Assembly (NCBI GenBank): GCA_963822965.1
Contig: CAWGJT010000009.1
Span: forward strand, 96,001 to 160,000
Length of the DNA: 64,000 bases
Reading direction: 5' to 3'
Origin: an uncultured delta proteobacterium
GTDB taxonomy: Bacteria > Myxococcota_A > UBA9160 > UBA4427
Both the position numbers and the translations under genes were made by a program. The notes beneath the pieces are model-generated. The model saw only the letters and a list, made by a program, of their open reading frames with translations. It was not told the origin of the DNA and made no database searches. Shown here in pieces: positions 53,928-63,529 of this stretch; the stretch's first letter is position 1, and every line of letters begins with the position of its first letter.

Positions 53928-54934
53928 GGCTCCCTCCGCAGCGCCGGCGTGCCGAACACGCGCGGCTGGGTCGCGCGGTTGATGAACGGCACGAGCGCGT
54001 TCATCAGCAGGATGGCATACATCACGCCCTCCGAGAGGCCGCCCCAGAAGCGGATCACGATCACGAGCACGCCGATCCCGGCGCCGAAGATCCAGCAGCC
54101 GCGGTGCGTGACGGGCGACGTCGCCATGTCGGTCGCCATGTACACGGCGCCGAGCATCAGGCCGCCGGAGAAGAGCGTGAAGACCGGCCCCGGATACCGG
54201 GCGGGATCGAGCCCGTGGAAGACGACCGCGAGCAGCGCGGTGGTTGCGAAGATGGCGGCCGGGATCCGCCACTCGAGGTGGCGGCGCAGTGCGAGATAGA
54301 GACCGCACACGAGGATGACCAGGCCCGCGGTCTCTCCGAGCGAGCCGCCGGTGGTTCCGAGGACCAGGTCCCAGCTCGCGGTCGGCGTGTGCTCGAACTT
54401 CAGGAGGCCGAGCGGCGTGGCACCGCTCATCGCGTCGGGGACGTGCGGACTCGCGAGCGGCAGCGCGAGGTTGTCGCCCCGCAGGCTCCACCAGCCCTGG
54501 GCGCGGACGGACCACGTCGTCAGCGCGACCGGGAACGCGGCCTGCAGAAACGCCCGGCCGAGCAGCGCCGGGTTGAAGACGTTCTGGCCGAGCCCGCCGA
54601 ACACCAGCTTGCCGAAGCCGATGCCGAACGCGCCACCGACGAAGGCCATCCAGACGGGCAAGCCGGGTGGAAGGGTGAGACCGAGCAACAGACCCGTGAT
54701 GGCCGCCGAGCCGTCGCGCAGCCGGCGGGCGCCACCGGACACGAAGAGTGCTTCGGTCGCCAGCGCTCCCGCCGTGCTCGCCGCCAGCACGAGGACGGCG
54801 CTCGGCCCGAAGAACCAGACCGCGCTCGCCACCACCGGCGCGAGGCTCGCGACGACCGACCACATGATCGCCGGCGTGGTGTCGCCGCCGCGGATGTGGG
54901 GCGACGCGCTGACGAAGCGGCCCGGCGCGCTCAT
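53924..54934 (-). CDS. rnfD: Rnf complex subunit D
   Basis: SPHI, DGSAAITG, FGGLGQNVFNPA, DAMSGATPL, GSLGET, MATD, EGVMYAILLMN. Confidence 0.95.
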   Translation of the reverse strand: MSAPGRFVSASPHIRGGDTTPAIMWSVVASLAPVVASAVWFFGPSAVLVLAASTAGALATEALFVSGGARRLRDGSAAITGLLLGLTLPPGLPVWMAFVGGAFGIGFGKLVFGGLGQNVFNPALLGRAFLQAAFPVALTTWSVRAQGWWSLRGDNLALPLASPHVPDAMSGATPLGLLKFEHTPTASWDLVLGTTGGSLGETAGLVILVCGLYLALRRHLEWRIPAAIFATTALLAVVFHGLDPARYPGPVFTLFSGGLMLGAVYMATDMATSPVTHRGCWIFGAGIGVLVIVIRFWGGLSEGVMYAILLMNALVPFINRATQPRVFGTPALRREP

Positions 54935-56253
54935 GCCGCCGGGCGGCGTCGCAGCGCCGCCTTCGCCATCGCGAACAGATGCGATAGCGGAATCTTCGAC
55001 GGGCACACGTACGAGCAGCAGCCGCACACCATGCAGTCCATCAGGTGGTGCTCGACCATCTCGTCGAAGCGCTCGTTCTTTGCCAGCGCGCCGAGGCGCT
55101 GCGGGTTCAGGAAGACCGGGCATGCCTCGAGGCAGTGGCCGCAGCGGATGCACGGATACACCTCCGCCGGCGGCGCCTCGGCCGTCGTCAGCACGACGAT
55201 CCCACTCGTGCCCTTCAGCACCGGCGTCTCGAGGCTCGCGACGGCGGTGCCCATCATCGGGCCGCCGAAAACGATCTCGCTGGCGTCGTCGGTGAGCCCG
55301 CCGCTCTTCGCAGCGACGTCGGCGAGCTTCGTGCCAATCGGCACGATCCAGTTGCCGGGATCGCGGACGCCCGGGCCCGTGACCGTGACGATCCGCTCGA
55401 CGAGCGGCAGCCCGGTCTCGAACACCTCGGCGATCGTCGCGACGGAGCCCGCGTTCTGCACCAGCGCCCCGACGCTCGCGGGCAGCGCCCCGCTCGGCAC
55501 CTCGCGCTCGAGCAGCGCCTCGATCAGCATCTTCTCGGCGCCCTGCGGATACTTCGCCTCGAGCGCGCGCACCTCGACGTCGAGGTCCGCCGGAGCGGCG
55601 CGGCGCATCGCTTCGAGCGCGTCGGGCTTGTTCTGCTCGATGCCGACGATCGCGCGCCGGATGCCGAGGCAGTGCAGCATGATGCGTAGGCCGAGATGGA
55701 TGCGGTCCGGGTGCTCGACCATCACGCGGTGGTCGGACGTGAGGTAGGGCTCGCACTCGCAGCCGTTCACGATGACCGTGTCGATGGGCTGGTCCACCGG
55801 CGGCGAGAGCTTGACGTGCGCCGGGAAGGCCGCGCCGCCGAGACCGACGACGCCGGCCTGCTGCACCGCCCGGACGACCTCGTCGCGCGAGAGACCGCGC
55901 CAGTCCGGCACGAGTCGCCGGCGCGGAAGCTGCGCCGCATAGCGGTCGACCGCGATGCGCACGGCCGTCTCGTGGCGGCCGTTCGGATGCGGCCACGGCC
56001 CGATCGCGACGACGCGTCCGGCCGCGGACGCGTGCACCGGCGACGAGATCCAGCCCTGCGCGGACGCGATCTCGTCGCCACGCTCGACGTGGTCGCCGAC
56101 GCGCACGAGCAGCTTCGCGGGGGCACCCGTGTGCTGCGAGAGCGGCAGCACGACCTCGTCCGGGAAGGGCAGCCGCCGGATCGGGCGCGCGGCCGTCAGC
56201 TCCTTCGCGTCGGGGGGATGGACGCCGCTCCGGAACGTCGAGAGCTCGGGCAT
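54931..56253 (-). CDS. rnfC: Rnf complex subunit C
   Basis: GVHP, QHTGAP, GLGGAAFP, NGCECEPYLTSD, YPQGAEK, GGPMMG, CIRCGHCLEACP, CMVCGCCSYVCP. Confidence 0.95.
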   Translation of the reverse strand: MPELSTFRSGVHPPDAKELTAARPIRRLPFPDEVVLPLSQHTGAPAKLLVRVGDHVERGDEIASAQGWISSPVHASAAGRVVAIGPWPHPNGRHETAVRIAVDRYAAQLPRRRLVPDWRGLSRDEVVRAVQQAGVVGLGGAAFPAHVKLSPPVDQPIDTVIVNGCECEPYLTSDHRVMVEHPDRIHLGLRIMLHCLGIRRAIVGIEQNKPDALEAMRRAAPADLDVEVRALEAKYPQGAEKMLIEALLEREVPSGALPASVGALVQNAGSVATIAEVFETGLPLVERIVTVTGPGVRDPGNWIVPIGTKLADVAAKSGGLTDDASEIVFGGPMMGTAVASLETPVLKGTSGIVVLTTAEAPPAEVYPCIRCGHCLEACPVFLNPQRLGALAKNERFDEMVEHHLMDCMVCGCCSYVCPSKIPLSHLFAMAKAALRRRPAA

Positions 56254-56260
56254 GGCGGGC

Positions 56261-59200
56261 TCAATTGAAGCGCTCGGCGCGCTTGACGAGGTCGTCGAGG
56301 CCCTTCTCGCTCGGGTCGAGCGGAGTGCCCGGATGGATGATCCCGGCCGGGCACTTCTCCGCGGCCGTCACGAGCTCCCGGAACGTGCCCGCACGCGGAT
56401 CCTGGATGTACGCCTGCTTGTTGTCGTCGTACGCGAACATGCGCCGGTTCAGCTTGATGCAGTCGTCGCAGCTGGTACACATACTCGTGTCGATCGTCGG
56501 CTCGATCGCGAGATCCTCGGACTCGTCCACCTCGGGCTCGGCCGGCGCTTCCCCACGCTCTGCTTCCAGAGCTGCCTCTCCTGCTGCATCCGCTGCTGGA
56601 GCGGCTGCAGCGGCCGCAGAGGGAGGAGGGGGAGGAGCGGCCTCCAGAGCGGTCCTCGGCTCCGATGCGGGCGCCGGGGCCGGCGCTGCGGGCGGAGCGG
56701 TGCCGGACACGGCGGGCGGCGCGGCGGGCAGCACGCCCGCCTGCTCGAGCATCTGCCCGATCGTCAGGTCTGGGCCGGCGCGCAGCAGGCCTTCCGCGAG
56801 GCGCCGCACGACGCGCTGCGGATCGCCCGCGCCCGACTCCGCGAGCCGCGCCGCGTGCTCCGCGCGCAGCGTCTCGGCCTCGGCCGAGAGCGCGTGCTCG
56901 GCCTCGGCTCGGGCCGCTCGCCGTGCCGCGGACGACGGCACGACGCCCGCCAGCTCGCGCAGCTCGTGCCAGAAGGCCAGCCGCTCCTCGGCCAGCGCAA
57001 CGATCTCCGGCCCGATGCCGAGCCGTCCGAGCCGCCCGTCCGCATCCGTCGTGAAGAGGAAGGGCGTCCGCCCTTCCCGCTCCGCCGGCGGCAACGCGAG
57101 ATACTCGTGGAAGGGCAGGAGCTCCGCGTCGGGCGCGCCCTCCGCTTCGGCCGCCTCCGCGAGCCGATGGAAGTACCGGCGGAAGCGCTCCTCGTGCGCT
57201 GCCCAGTCCGCGGTCGTCACGGGCAAGGTGAGCTTGTCCTCCTCCCCCGTGTCGCTTCGATACACGAGGTCGTAGACCGGCCAGTCCGCCTCGAGCGCCG
57301 GGTTGCCGTCGAGGTCGAGCCGGTCCGCCAGCTCCGGCCCGCGGTCCGGGTCGTAGACGAGGTGCGGCACCGCGCGACTCTCGAGCGCGAGCCTTGCCGC
57401 GTCCGGGGCCGACGCGTCGGCGATCCCCCAGACGCGCGGGCACGGCGTGTTCAGGATGAAGATCGCCGGGCGCCGCGCGCGCAGCCCCGCGAGCACACCA
57501 CCGAGCAGATGGGCCGGCGCGGCCTGCGAGGACTGCAGCACGAACGCGTCGCGATGTGCGATCGCGAGCAGCGCGAGCTCCTTGCGCGGAGCCAGCTCGC
57601 CGGGCTGCCCGGAGGAGACCTCCACGCCCGCGGCCTGCGCGGTGAACGCGCTCGTGCACGCCTGCCCGCCCGTGCTCGACTGCGCCTGCGTGTCGAGCAC
57701 CACGACGCGGATCGGCCGGTCGCTCGCGAGCAGCCGCGACAGGCTCTGCAGGCCGGCGTCACCCATCGCGCCGTCGCCGCCCACGGCGAAGAGCGGCGGG
57801 CACAGCGCGAGCTCGTCGTCCGTGAACCCGTGCCAGTCGAGCGCCCGAAGCTCCGGCTGGTGCACATCGGGGTCGTACTCACCCGCCAGCTCGAGCCGCG
57901 CCCGGCGCACGTCGCGGAACCCGTCGGCCATCCTGCGCATGTGCCCCTCGAAGAGGCCGGTCGCGAGCGACGGTGCGTCCTGGTAGAGGTGGTGCGCCCA
58001 TGGGAAGGGATAGGGGTTGTACGGGTAGCTCGCACCCCAGACCGCGCTGCAGCCGGTGGAGTTCGCGAAGCCGGCGTGCGCGCGGCCCCGCCCGCTCGGT
58101 CCGGCCGTGTAGCGCCAGTGCTGATCGCGCAGCCGACGCGACAGGTCGAGCAGGCGTTCGAGCTCGGCCCGTCGCTCGCCGCTCACGTGCACGTCGGCAC
58201 CGCCCTCCGCGGCGCGGACGACGGCCTCGAGGTCCGCGTCCTCGGCGACGAGCGAGCGCGCCTTCGCGTCGAGGCCCGCCAGGAGCTCTTCGAGCTCCAG
58301 GACGTGCGCCTCGACGCGCGGAATCAGCAGCGCGTTCACGGCCGAGAGCACGAGGTGGACGTCGGTCTTCTCGCCGCAGCCGCGGCAGGCCACGTCACCG
58401 CCGACTGTCGACTGATAGGTCCGCTGCTTCAGGAGCAGCAGCGGCAGCGCGTCGAGCGCGCCCTCGGGATGGGCAGCCTCGACCGCACCTCCGACATAGC
58501 GGTCGTCCGTCTCGGGCAGCTCCTGCCAGAGCGCCCAGTTGCCGCGCAGCCGCTCGACCACGTCGTCCGTCTGCGGGACCGTGCGCAGCGCGTCGTCCGG
58601 ACACACCGCCACGCAGATGTCGCAGCCCTTGCAGGCCTGCGGGTCGACCGTGACGGAGAGCAGGCCGCCGGTGCCCTTCTGCCCGCGCTCGGGCAGGTCG
58701 AAGAAGCGCGCCGTGCGGGCGACCGGGAACTCGGCCAGCGCGGAGTGCACCGGCGCCCACTCGGCGTCGAGCTCCGCGCGACGCGCCGGGGTCGGAGCGA
58801 GCTTGTCGAGGACGTTCGTGTAGGCGAGCGAGAGCACCCCGCCGATTCCGTGGAAGGGCATGCCGCCGAGGATCTTGTGCGCCTCGCGAGCGACGTGCTT
58901 CGCGACGCCACTGAGCCGGTTCATCGGCCGGTCGGGGCGCTTCGCGTGCTCGATCGCCGCTTGCAGCAGCTCGTCCACCGTGCTGACGACGCCCGGGATC
59001 GCCGCGTCGGGACACTGCGTCCAGCACTTCGCGCAGCCGGTGCACTTCTCCGGCACGAACTCGGGGACGGTGACGCGAGACGATGTCAGATCGCGCAGCG
59101 CGCTGGTGGCGGCCGGCATCGCGCCGAGCGCGGTGAAGGGATCCGCGAGCGGGTCCTCGCCCGCCGCGTACACGGAGCCCACCTCCTCCCAGAAGCGGCC

Positions 59201-61495
59201 CGGATGCGCGACGCCCTCCCGAGCGCCGGCGCCGTCGAGGCGCTCGGGCAGGACGGGCGGCGCCTCCGGCTCGTCGGCGGCCTCGACCGGGACGTCCGTC
59301 GCGACGCGCTGCACCTCGCGGTAGCCCCGCACCAGCGAGTCGACCTCGTCCGTCGGCGACTGCCCGCCGCGCTCCTGCTCGAGCGCGTCGCGGATGCGTG
59401 CGAGGAGCTGCTCCTCGTCGAGGTCGGCAGCGACGGCGAGCGGCGCCGTGCGGAAGACGGTGCGGAAGGCCGCGCCGAAGAAAGCACCCAGCAGGGCCGC
59501 TGCGTGCGCGCGGGCCTGCCGCGCGCGATCCGCGGCCTCACCGGCCGCGAGGAGGCCGACCCGATACACGGCGATCTCCCGCTCGCGAAGCGCGAGCCGC
59601 GTGCGGGCGGGCAGCGCGGCGAAGACGTCCGCACCCTCGCCTTCCCCTTCGCTCCCGAGCACGAGCACGCCGCCGCGCGCGAGGCCCGCGAGCGGGTCCG
59701 CGTGGCGGAAGACGTCGGCGTCGGGACACAGCACGACGTCCACGCGCTCCTGTACGCAAGACGTGCGCACGGGCTCGCTCGCGAGCACCGCGTCGAAGGT
59801 CGCAGGCTGCCCCTGCCGCGCCGTCTCGGCGGTCGGGCCGGCCTTGACGTGCAGACCGAAGACCGCGGCCGCGGTCTTCGCAACCTCCATCCCGAGCGCG
59901 GTCGCGCCGAGAGCGCCGCGGCCGGACAGAGCGCCGCGGCCACCCAGGAAGGAGTGGACGCGCAGCGCCACGCCACCTTCCCGGGTCGGTCCCGCGTCCT
60001 CGACGCGCGGCAGCGCGAGCTCCGCCACGCCCGGGTACGCGGCCTGCACGCGCTCCTGCCAGATCTCGAGCTTCGGAAGCGCCGTGTGCGCGCGCACGAA
60101 GCCGATGCCGAGATAGAAGCGGCGCCGGCCGCCGCCCGGGGCCTGCATGTTCTCCACAGCGGCAGCGAGATCGCCCGGCGCGAGGTCGCGGCTCCCCAGG
60201 CCGAAGCAGCCGGAGTAGAGCTCGGGCACCTCGTCCGGTGCGCACGGTTCGAGCCCGGCATGGGGCAACGGAAGCTGCGCGCCGCGGCGACCCGAAGCGC
60301 GCGCGCGGTGGTTCTCGACGCCGCGAGCCAGCGCGGTGCGGATCTCGCGCAGCAGCGGCAGGTCCGCCGCAAGCGGCTGGTCCGTCCGCTCGAGCACGGT
60401 GACCGCCCTCTTGCCGCGCAGGAGGCGCGTCACGAGATCGCTCGGGAAGGGCCGGAGCATCGTCAGGTTCAGCACGCCGACGGCAATGCCGCGCATCTCC
60501 CGGAGGTGGTCCGCCATCGCCTCCGCGTGCGCGACGACGGATCCCTGACCGACGAGCACGTAGTCCGCGTCCTCGAGGCGATACCCGGAGGCGCGCGCAT
60601 GAAGCCGGCCGGTCAGCTCTGCGTACTCCGCGAACGCGCGGTCGGCCAGCCCGGCGATGTGGTCGAAGTAGAACGGACGCTGGGCCGCGACGCCCTGCGC
60701 ATGGCTCCGCGGGCCCTGCACCACGCCGAGCATCGCCGGCTGGTCGACGTCGAAGAGCTCGGGGATCCGGCGCCGCGTCTCTCCGAACACCATGCGCTGC
60801 GCCGGTGTCGGCGACTCGATCCGGTCCTCCGGATCACCGAGGTACGCCTCCACCAGCTCGCGCTCGGGCCGCCGGAACGTCTCGAGCGTGTGGCTCGTCG
60901 CGAAGCCGTCCTGCGCGCAGAGGCCGGGGGAGAGGGACAGCTCGGCGATGCGGTGCGCGACGAGCGCGAGGTCCGCAGCCGCCTGAACGTCCTTCGCGAA
61001 GAGCTGGAAGAGGCCGGTGTCGTCGACGGCGTGATAGTCGTCGTGTCCGGTGTCGACGCTCAGCGCGTGCTTCGTGATCGCCCGGCACGCGACGTGCAGC
61101 ACGCAAGTAAGGCGCTTGCCCACGGCCGCGAACAGCGACTCGTGCATGTCCGCGACGCCCTCGCCGCTCGAGAAGCCCGTCGAGCGCAGCCCGGCCAGGC
61201 TCGTCCCCGTCGTCACGCCGGCAGCGGCCTCCGCGCTCTCGGGCTCGAAGAAGAGCAGGCGCCGCCCGAAGACGTTCGTCCCGCCGGCCGCGGACGCGGC
61301 GGCGAAGCCCTCGGCCATGCGGGTCGACGGCGGGATCGGATGAGCGGCGGCCGCCTCGCTGGCCGCGGTCTCGACGCCGACGACGGCCCCGCTGCCGTCG
61401 TCGATCGCGACGACGCCGGGATGGCGCGGCCGTGCCGCCGGCCCGTCGGGCTCGCTCGGCTCACGCGCGTCGGGCCTCCGACCGAAGCGGCTCAT
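56261..61495 (-). CDS. 1744-aa pyruvate:ferredoxin oxidoreductase-like multidomain protein with a C-terminal ferredoxin; active-site motifs degenerate
   Basis: PFOR domain order alpha-gamma-delta-beta: GHDDY, QDGF.TSH, RPFP, CTGCAKCWTQCP, CKGCDICVAVCP, ACRGCGEK, STGCS, GGDGA, STGGQ, TPCP; then an Ala/Pro linker and CTSCDDC...AEKCP. Confidence 0.85.
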   Translation of the reverse strand: MSRFGRRPDAREPSEPDGPAARPRHPGVVAIDDGSGAVVGVETAASEAAAAHPIPPSTRMAEGFAAASAAGGTNVFGRRLLFFEPESAEAAAGVTTGTSLAGLRSTGFSSGEGVADMHESLFAAVGKRLTCVLHVACRAITKHALSVDTGHDDYHAVDDTGLFQLFAKDVQAAADLALVAHRIAELSLSPGLCAQDGFATSHTLETFRRPERELVEAYLGDPEDRIESPTPAQRMVFGETRRRIPELFDVDQPAMLGVVQGPRSHAQGVAAQRPFYFDHIAGLADRAFAEYAELTGRLHARASGYRLEDADYVLVGQGSVVAHAEAMADHLREMRGIAVGVLNLTMLRPFPSDLVTRLLRGKRAVTVLERTDQPLAADLPLLREIRTALARGVENHRARASGRRGAQLPLPHAGLEPCAPDEVPELYSGCFGLGSRDLAPGDLAAAVENMQAPGGGRRRFYLGIGFVRAHTALPKLEIWQERVQAAYPGVAELALPRVEDAGPTREGGVALRVHSFLGGRGALSGRGALGATALGMEVAKTAAAVFGLHVKAGPTAETARQGQPATFDAVLASEPVRTSCVQERVDVVLCPDADVFRHADPLAGLARGGVLVLGSEGEGEGADVFAALPARTRLALREREIAVYRVGLLAAGEAADRARQARAHAAALLGAFFGAAFRTVFRTAPLAVAADLDEEQLLARIRDALEQERGGQSPTDEVDSLVRGYREVQRVATDVPVEAADEPEAPPVLPERLDGAGAREGVAHPGRFWEEVGSVYAAGEDPLADPFTALGAMPAATSALRDLTSSRVTVPEFVPEKCTGCAKCWTQCPDAAIPGVVSTVDELLQAAIEHAKRPDRPMNRLSGVAKHVAREAHKILGGMPFHGIGGVLSLAYTNVLDKLAPTPARRAELDAEWAPVHSALAEFPVARTARFFDLPERGQKGTGGLLSVTVDPQACKGCDICVAVCPDDALRTVPQTDDVVERLRGNWALWQELPETDDRYVGGAVEAAHPEGALDALPLLLLKQRTYQSTVGGDVACRGCGEKTDVHLVLSAVNALLIPRVEAHVLELEELLAGLDAKARSLVAEDADLEAVVRAAEGGADVHVSGERRAELERLLDLSRRLRDQHWRYTAGPSGRGRAHAGFANSTGCSAVWGASYPYNPYPFPWAHHLYQDAPSLATGLFEGHMRRMADGFRDVRRARLELAGEYDPDVHQPELRALDWHGFTDDELALCPPLFAVGGDGAMGDAGLQSLSRLLASDRPIRVVVLDTQAQSSTGGQACTSAFTAQAAGVEVSSGQPGELAPRKELALLAIAHRDAFVLQSSQAAPAHLLGGVLAGLRARRPAIFILNTPCPRVWGIADASAPDAARLALESRAVPHLVYDPDRGPELADRLDLDGNPALEADWPVYDLVYRSDTGEEDKLTLPVTTADWAAHEERFRRYFHRLAEAAEAEGAPDAELLPFHEYLALPPAEREGRTPFLFTTDADGRLGRLGIGPEIVALAEERLAFWHELRELAGVVPSSAARRAARAEAEHALSAEAETLRAEHAARLAESGAGDPQRVVRRLAEGLLRAGPDLTIGQMLEQAGVLPAAPPAVSGTAPPAAPAPAPASEPRTALEAAPPPPPSAAAAAAPAADAAGEAALEAERGEAPAEPEVDESEDLAIEPTIDTSMCTSCDDCIKLNRRMFAYDDNKQAYIQDPRAGTFRELVTAAEKCPAGIIHPGTPLDPSEKGLDDLVKRAERFN

Positions 61496-62358
61496 TCCAC
61501 GCCCATCCCGGCGCCGACCTTCCCTTCGAGAGGCGGCGTGTCGAGGCGCTGCGCGCCCTCCACCCAGACGATCGCACCGGTCGGACAGCGCGCCGTGGCG
61601 TCGGGGGCGGCCAGCTCGCTGCGCGTCTGGTCGACCACCGCGAGACCGTTCACGATGTCGATCAGCCCGTCGGCGGCGTCGAGTGCGCACTTGCCGCAGC
61701 CGTTGCAGGCCACCCGGCAGAGCGCCTCCGCCTCTTCGCCCTCGAGCTCGCTCTTGCACTGGACGAGCAGATGCTGGTCGGCGGGCATCAACACGAAGAG
61801 GTCCTTCGGACAGGCGTCGACACAGTCGCCGCAGGCGGTGCAGCGCGCCGGGTCCACGAGCGGGAGCCGGGTCGGGCTCATCCGGATTGCATCGAAGTCG
61901 CAGGCCGCCTCGCAGTCCGCGAGCCCGAGGCAGCCCCACGTGCAGCCCTTGCCGCCGCCCGCCACCGACGCCGCGGCCTTGCACGTCGCGAAGCCGCGGT
62001 AGCCGGCCGCCTGCACGGCCACGTCCGTCCCGCCCGCGCACAGGAGGCGCGCGACGCGCCGGTCGGACTCGCCGGCCTCGACGCCGAGCAGCGCGGCGAC
62101 GTCGTCGATCGCCTCGGGTCCCATCACCGTGCAGCCCGCCGGCTGCCGTTCGCCGGCGACCAGCGACTCCGCGAACGCGCGGCAGCCGGGCGAGCCGCAC
62201 GCACCGCAGTTCGTGCCGGGCAGCAGCGCGAGCGTCGCGTCGATGCGCGGGTCCTCCAGGACGCGGAACCGGCTCTGCACCAGCGCGATCAGTGCGCCGA
62301 AGACCACACACACGCCGGACAGGATCAGCACGGGCAGGACGACGTTCGCGAGCTCCAC
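61492..62358 (-). CDS. rnfB: Rnf complex subunit B
   Basis: N-terminal TM, LPGTNCGACGSPGC, CAGG, CTWGCLGLADCEAACDF, CTACGDCVDACP, CNGCGKC, RCPT. Confidence 0.93.
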   Translation of the reverse strand: MELANVVLPVLILSGVCVVFGALIALVQSRFRVLEDPRIDATLALLPGTNCGACGSPGCRAFAESLVAGERQPAGCTVMGPEAIDDVAALLGVEAGESDRRVARLLCAGGTDVAVQAAGYRGFATCKAAASVAGGGKGCTWGCLGLADCEAACDFDAIRMSPTRLPLVDPARCTACGDCVDACPKDLFVLMPADQHLLVQCKSELEGEEAEALCRVACNGCGKCALDAADGLIDIVNGLAVVDQTRSELAAPDATARCPTGAIVWVEGAQRLDTPPLEGKVGAGMGVE

Positions 62359-62368
62359 CGCGCAGGCT

Positions 62369-63529
62369 CTACGGCGAGCCCGAGAGATCGGCCTGACGCA
62401 GGAGCCAGGCCGAGAGCTTCTCGACGTCGTCGGCGGCCGGCGCATGCCCGCCCGCTTCCGCGGCGGACGGCTGGACCGCTTCCGCTGCGGCCGGCTGCCC
62501 TGTCTCCGCCGCGGCCGGCCGCCTTGTTTCCGCCGCGGACGGCCGGCCGCCGAGCGCGGCGGCCGCCGGAGGCGCGGACGACGCGGTCTCTCCCGCGGTC
62601 GGCGCCGGCGCGTTCGGTGCGACGGCCGGCGCCGCCGGCGCGAATGCCACCAGCGCCTCGAGCTGCGCGAGATCCTCGCGCTGCTGGAACTCGCTCGACA
62701 CGCCGAGCCGGCGCGGCGCGCGCTCCGGCAGCCGGTTGACGACGAGTCGCTCCGCGAGCGTCGCCCCGGCCGCCGGATCGTGGCGGAAGTACGCGGCCGA
62801 GTCCGGCACGAGCGCCGCGACGGCGGGCCCGTCGAAGCGCGCCACCCACGCGAGCTCGGCCGGGTCCGCCGTCTGCAGCACCAGCACGCCCGGCGTGACG
62901 AGGCGGACGAGCGCCGCGGGCGGCGCCTCGCCGTCGACCACGAGCACGAGCTTCAACGCACGGTCGACGAAGTCCGCGAGCCCGCCGACGCGCAGGTCCC
63001 GGCCCGCGACGGAGACGACGAGACAGAGCGGCACCTTCCGCTCGGAGCGGCTCCAGTGCTCGAACGGGTGCGCGTCGAGCAGCCCGCCGTGCTCGCTCTC
63101 GCGATAGCTGCCGAGGCTCACGAGGTCCGCCACGCGCGCGGCACCGTAGGCTCGGCCGATCTGGGCGAGCGCACCGCCCACCGCCGACCGCAGGTCCCCG
63201 CCCTCGGCAACCGCGACGTGAAAGAGCCGCTCGCGGAGCGTGAGCAGCTCGTTGCACGTGTCGAACGCGCGCACGACGAGCTCGCCGTGCTCGAGGTCCC
63301 GCGGCTCCACCTGCGTCAGCAGGCGCGACATGCGCTCGGAGTCGATCCGCCCGGCCGCGAACGCGCCGAACTCCGCACGCGCCCCTTCCACCGACGCGCC
63401 GTTGTGCTCCATACGCTTGCTGATCAGGAGCCGGATCTGCTCGCTCGTGTTCGCGAGGATCGACCGGAAGGCCCCGATGGGCTCGGCGAAGGCTTCGAGC
63501 GCCTGTGCGACGCGCGGGTCAGAGGGCAT
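62369..63529 (-). CDS. Hypothetical protein resembling a degenerate copy of the PFOR-like beta domain
   Basis: Colinear similarity to the beta region of 56261-61495 (see findings); Ala/Pro-rich tail. Confidence 0.7.
   Translation of the reverse strand: MPSDPRVAQALEAFAEPIGAFRSILANTSEQIRLLISKRMEHNGASVEGARAEFGAFAAGRIDSERMSRLLTQVEPRDLEHGELVVRAFDTCNELLTLRERLFHVAVAEGGDLRSAVGGALAQIGRAYGAARVADLVSLGSYRESEHGGLLDAHPFEHWSRSERKVPLCLVVSVAGRDLRVGGLADFVDRALKLVLVVDGEAPPAALVRLVTPGVLVLQTADPAELAWVARFDGPAVAALVPDSAAYFRHDPAAGATLAERLVVNRLPERAPRRLGVSSEFQQREDLAQLEALVAFAPAAPAVAPNAPAPTAGETASSAPPAAAALGGRPSAAETRRPAAAETGQPAAAEAVQPSAAEAGGHAPAADDVEKLSAWLLRQADLSGSP
62456..62551. repeat. 4 x 24-bp degenerate coding tandem repeat ([RQ]P[SA]AAE..)
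   Basis: ttccgcggcggacggctggaccgc / ttccgctgcggccggctgccctgt / ctccgccgcggccggccgccttgt / ttccgccgcggacggccggccgcc. Confidence 0.8.

Noticed and set aside
55955..62002. 2015-aa plus-strand ORF and the many other long antisense ORFs
   Set aside because: Shadow frames of real genes in high-GC DNA, with no recognisable motifs.
61496..62311. N-terminal extension making the PFOR-like ORF 2016 aa, suggesting an rnfB fusion
   Set aside because: The extension is an alternative frame over rnfB. rnfB has its own stop overlapping the ATG at 61495.
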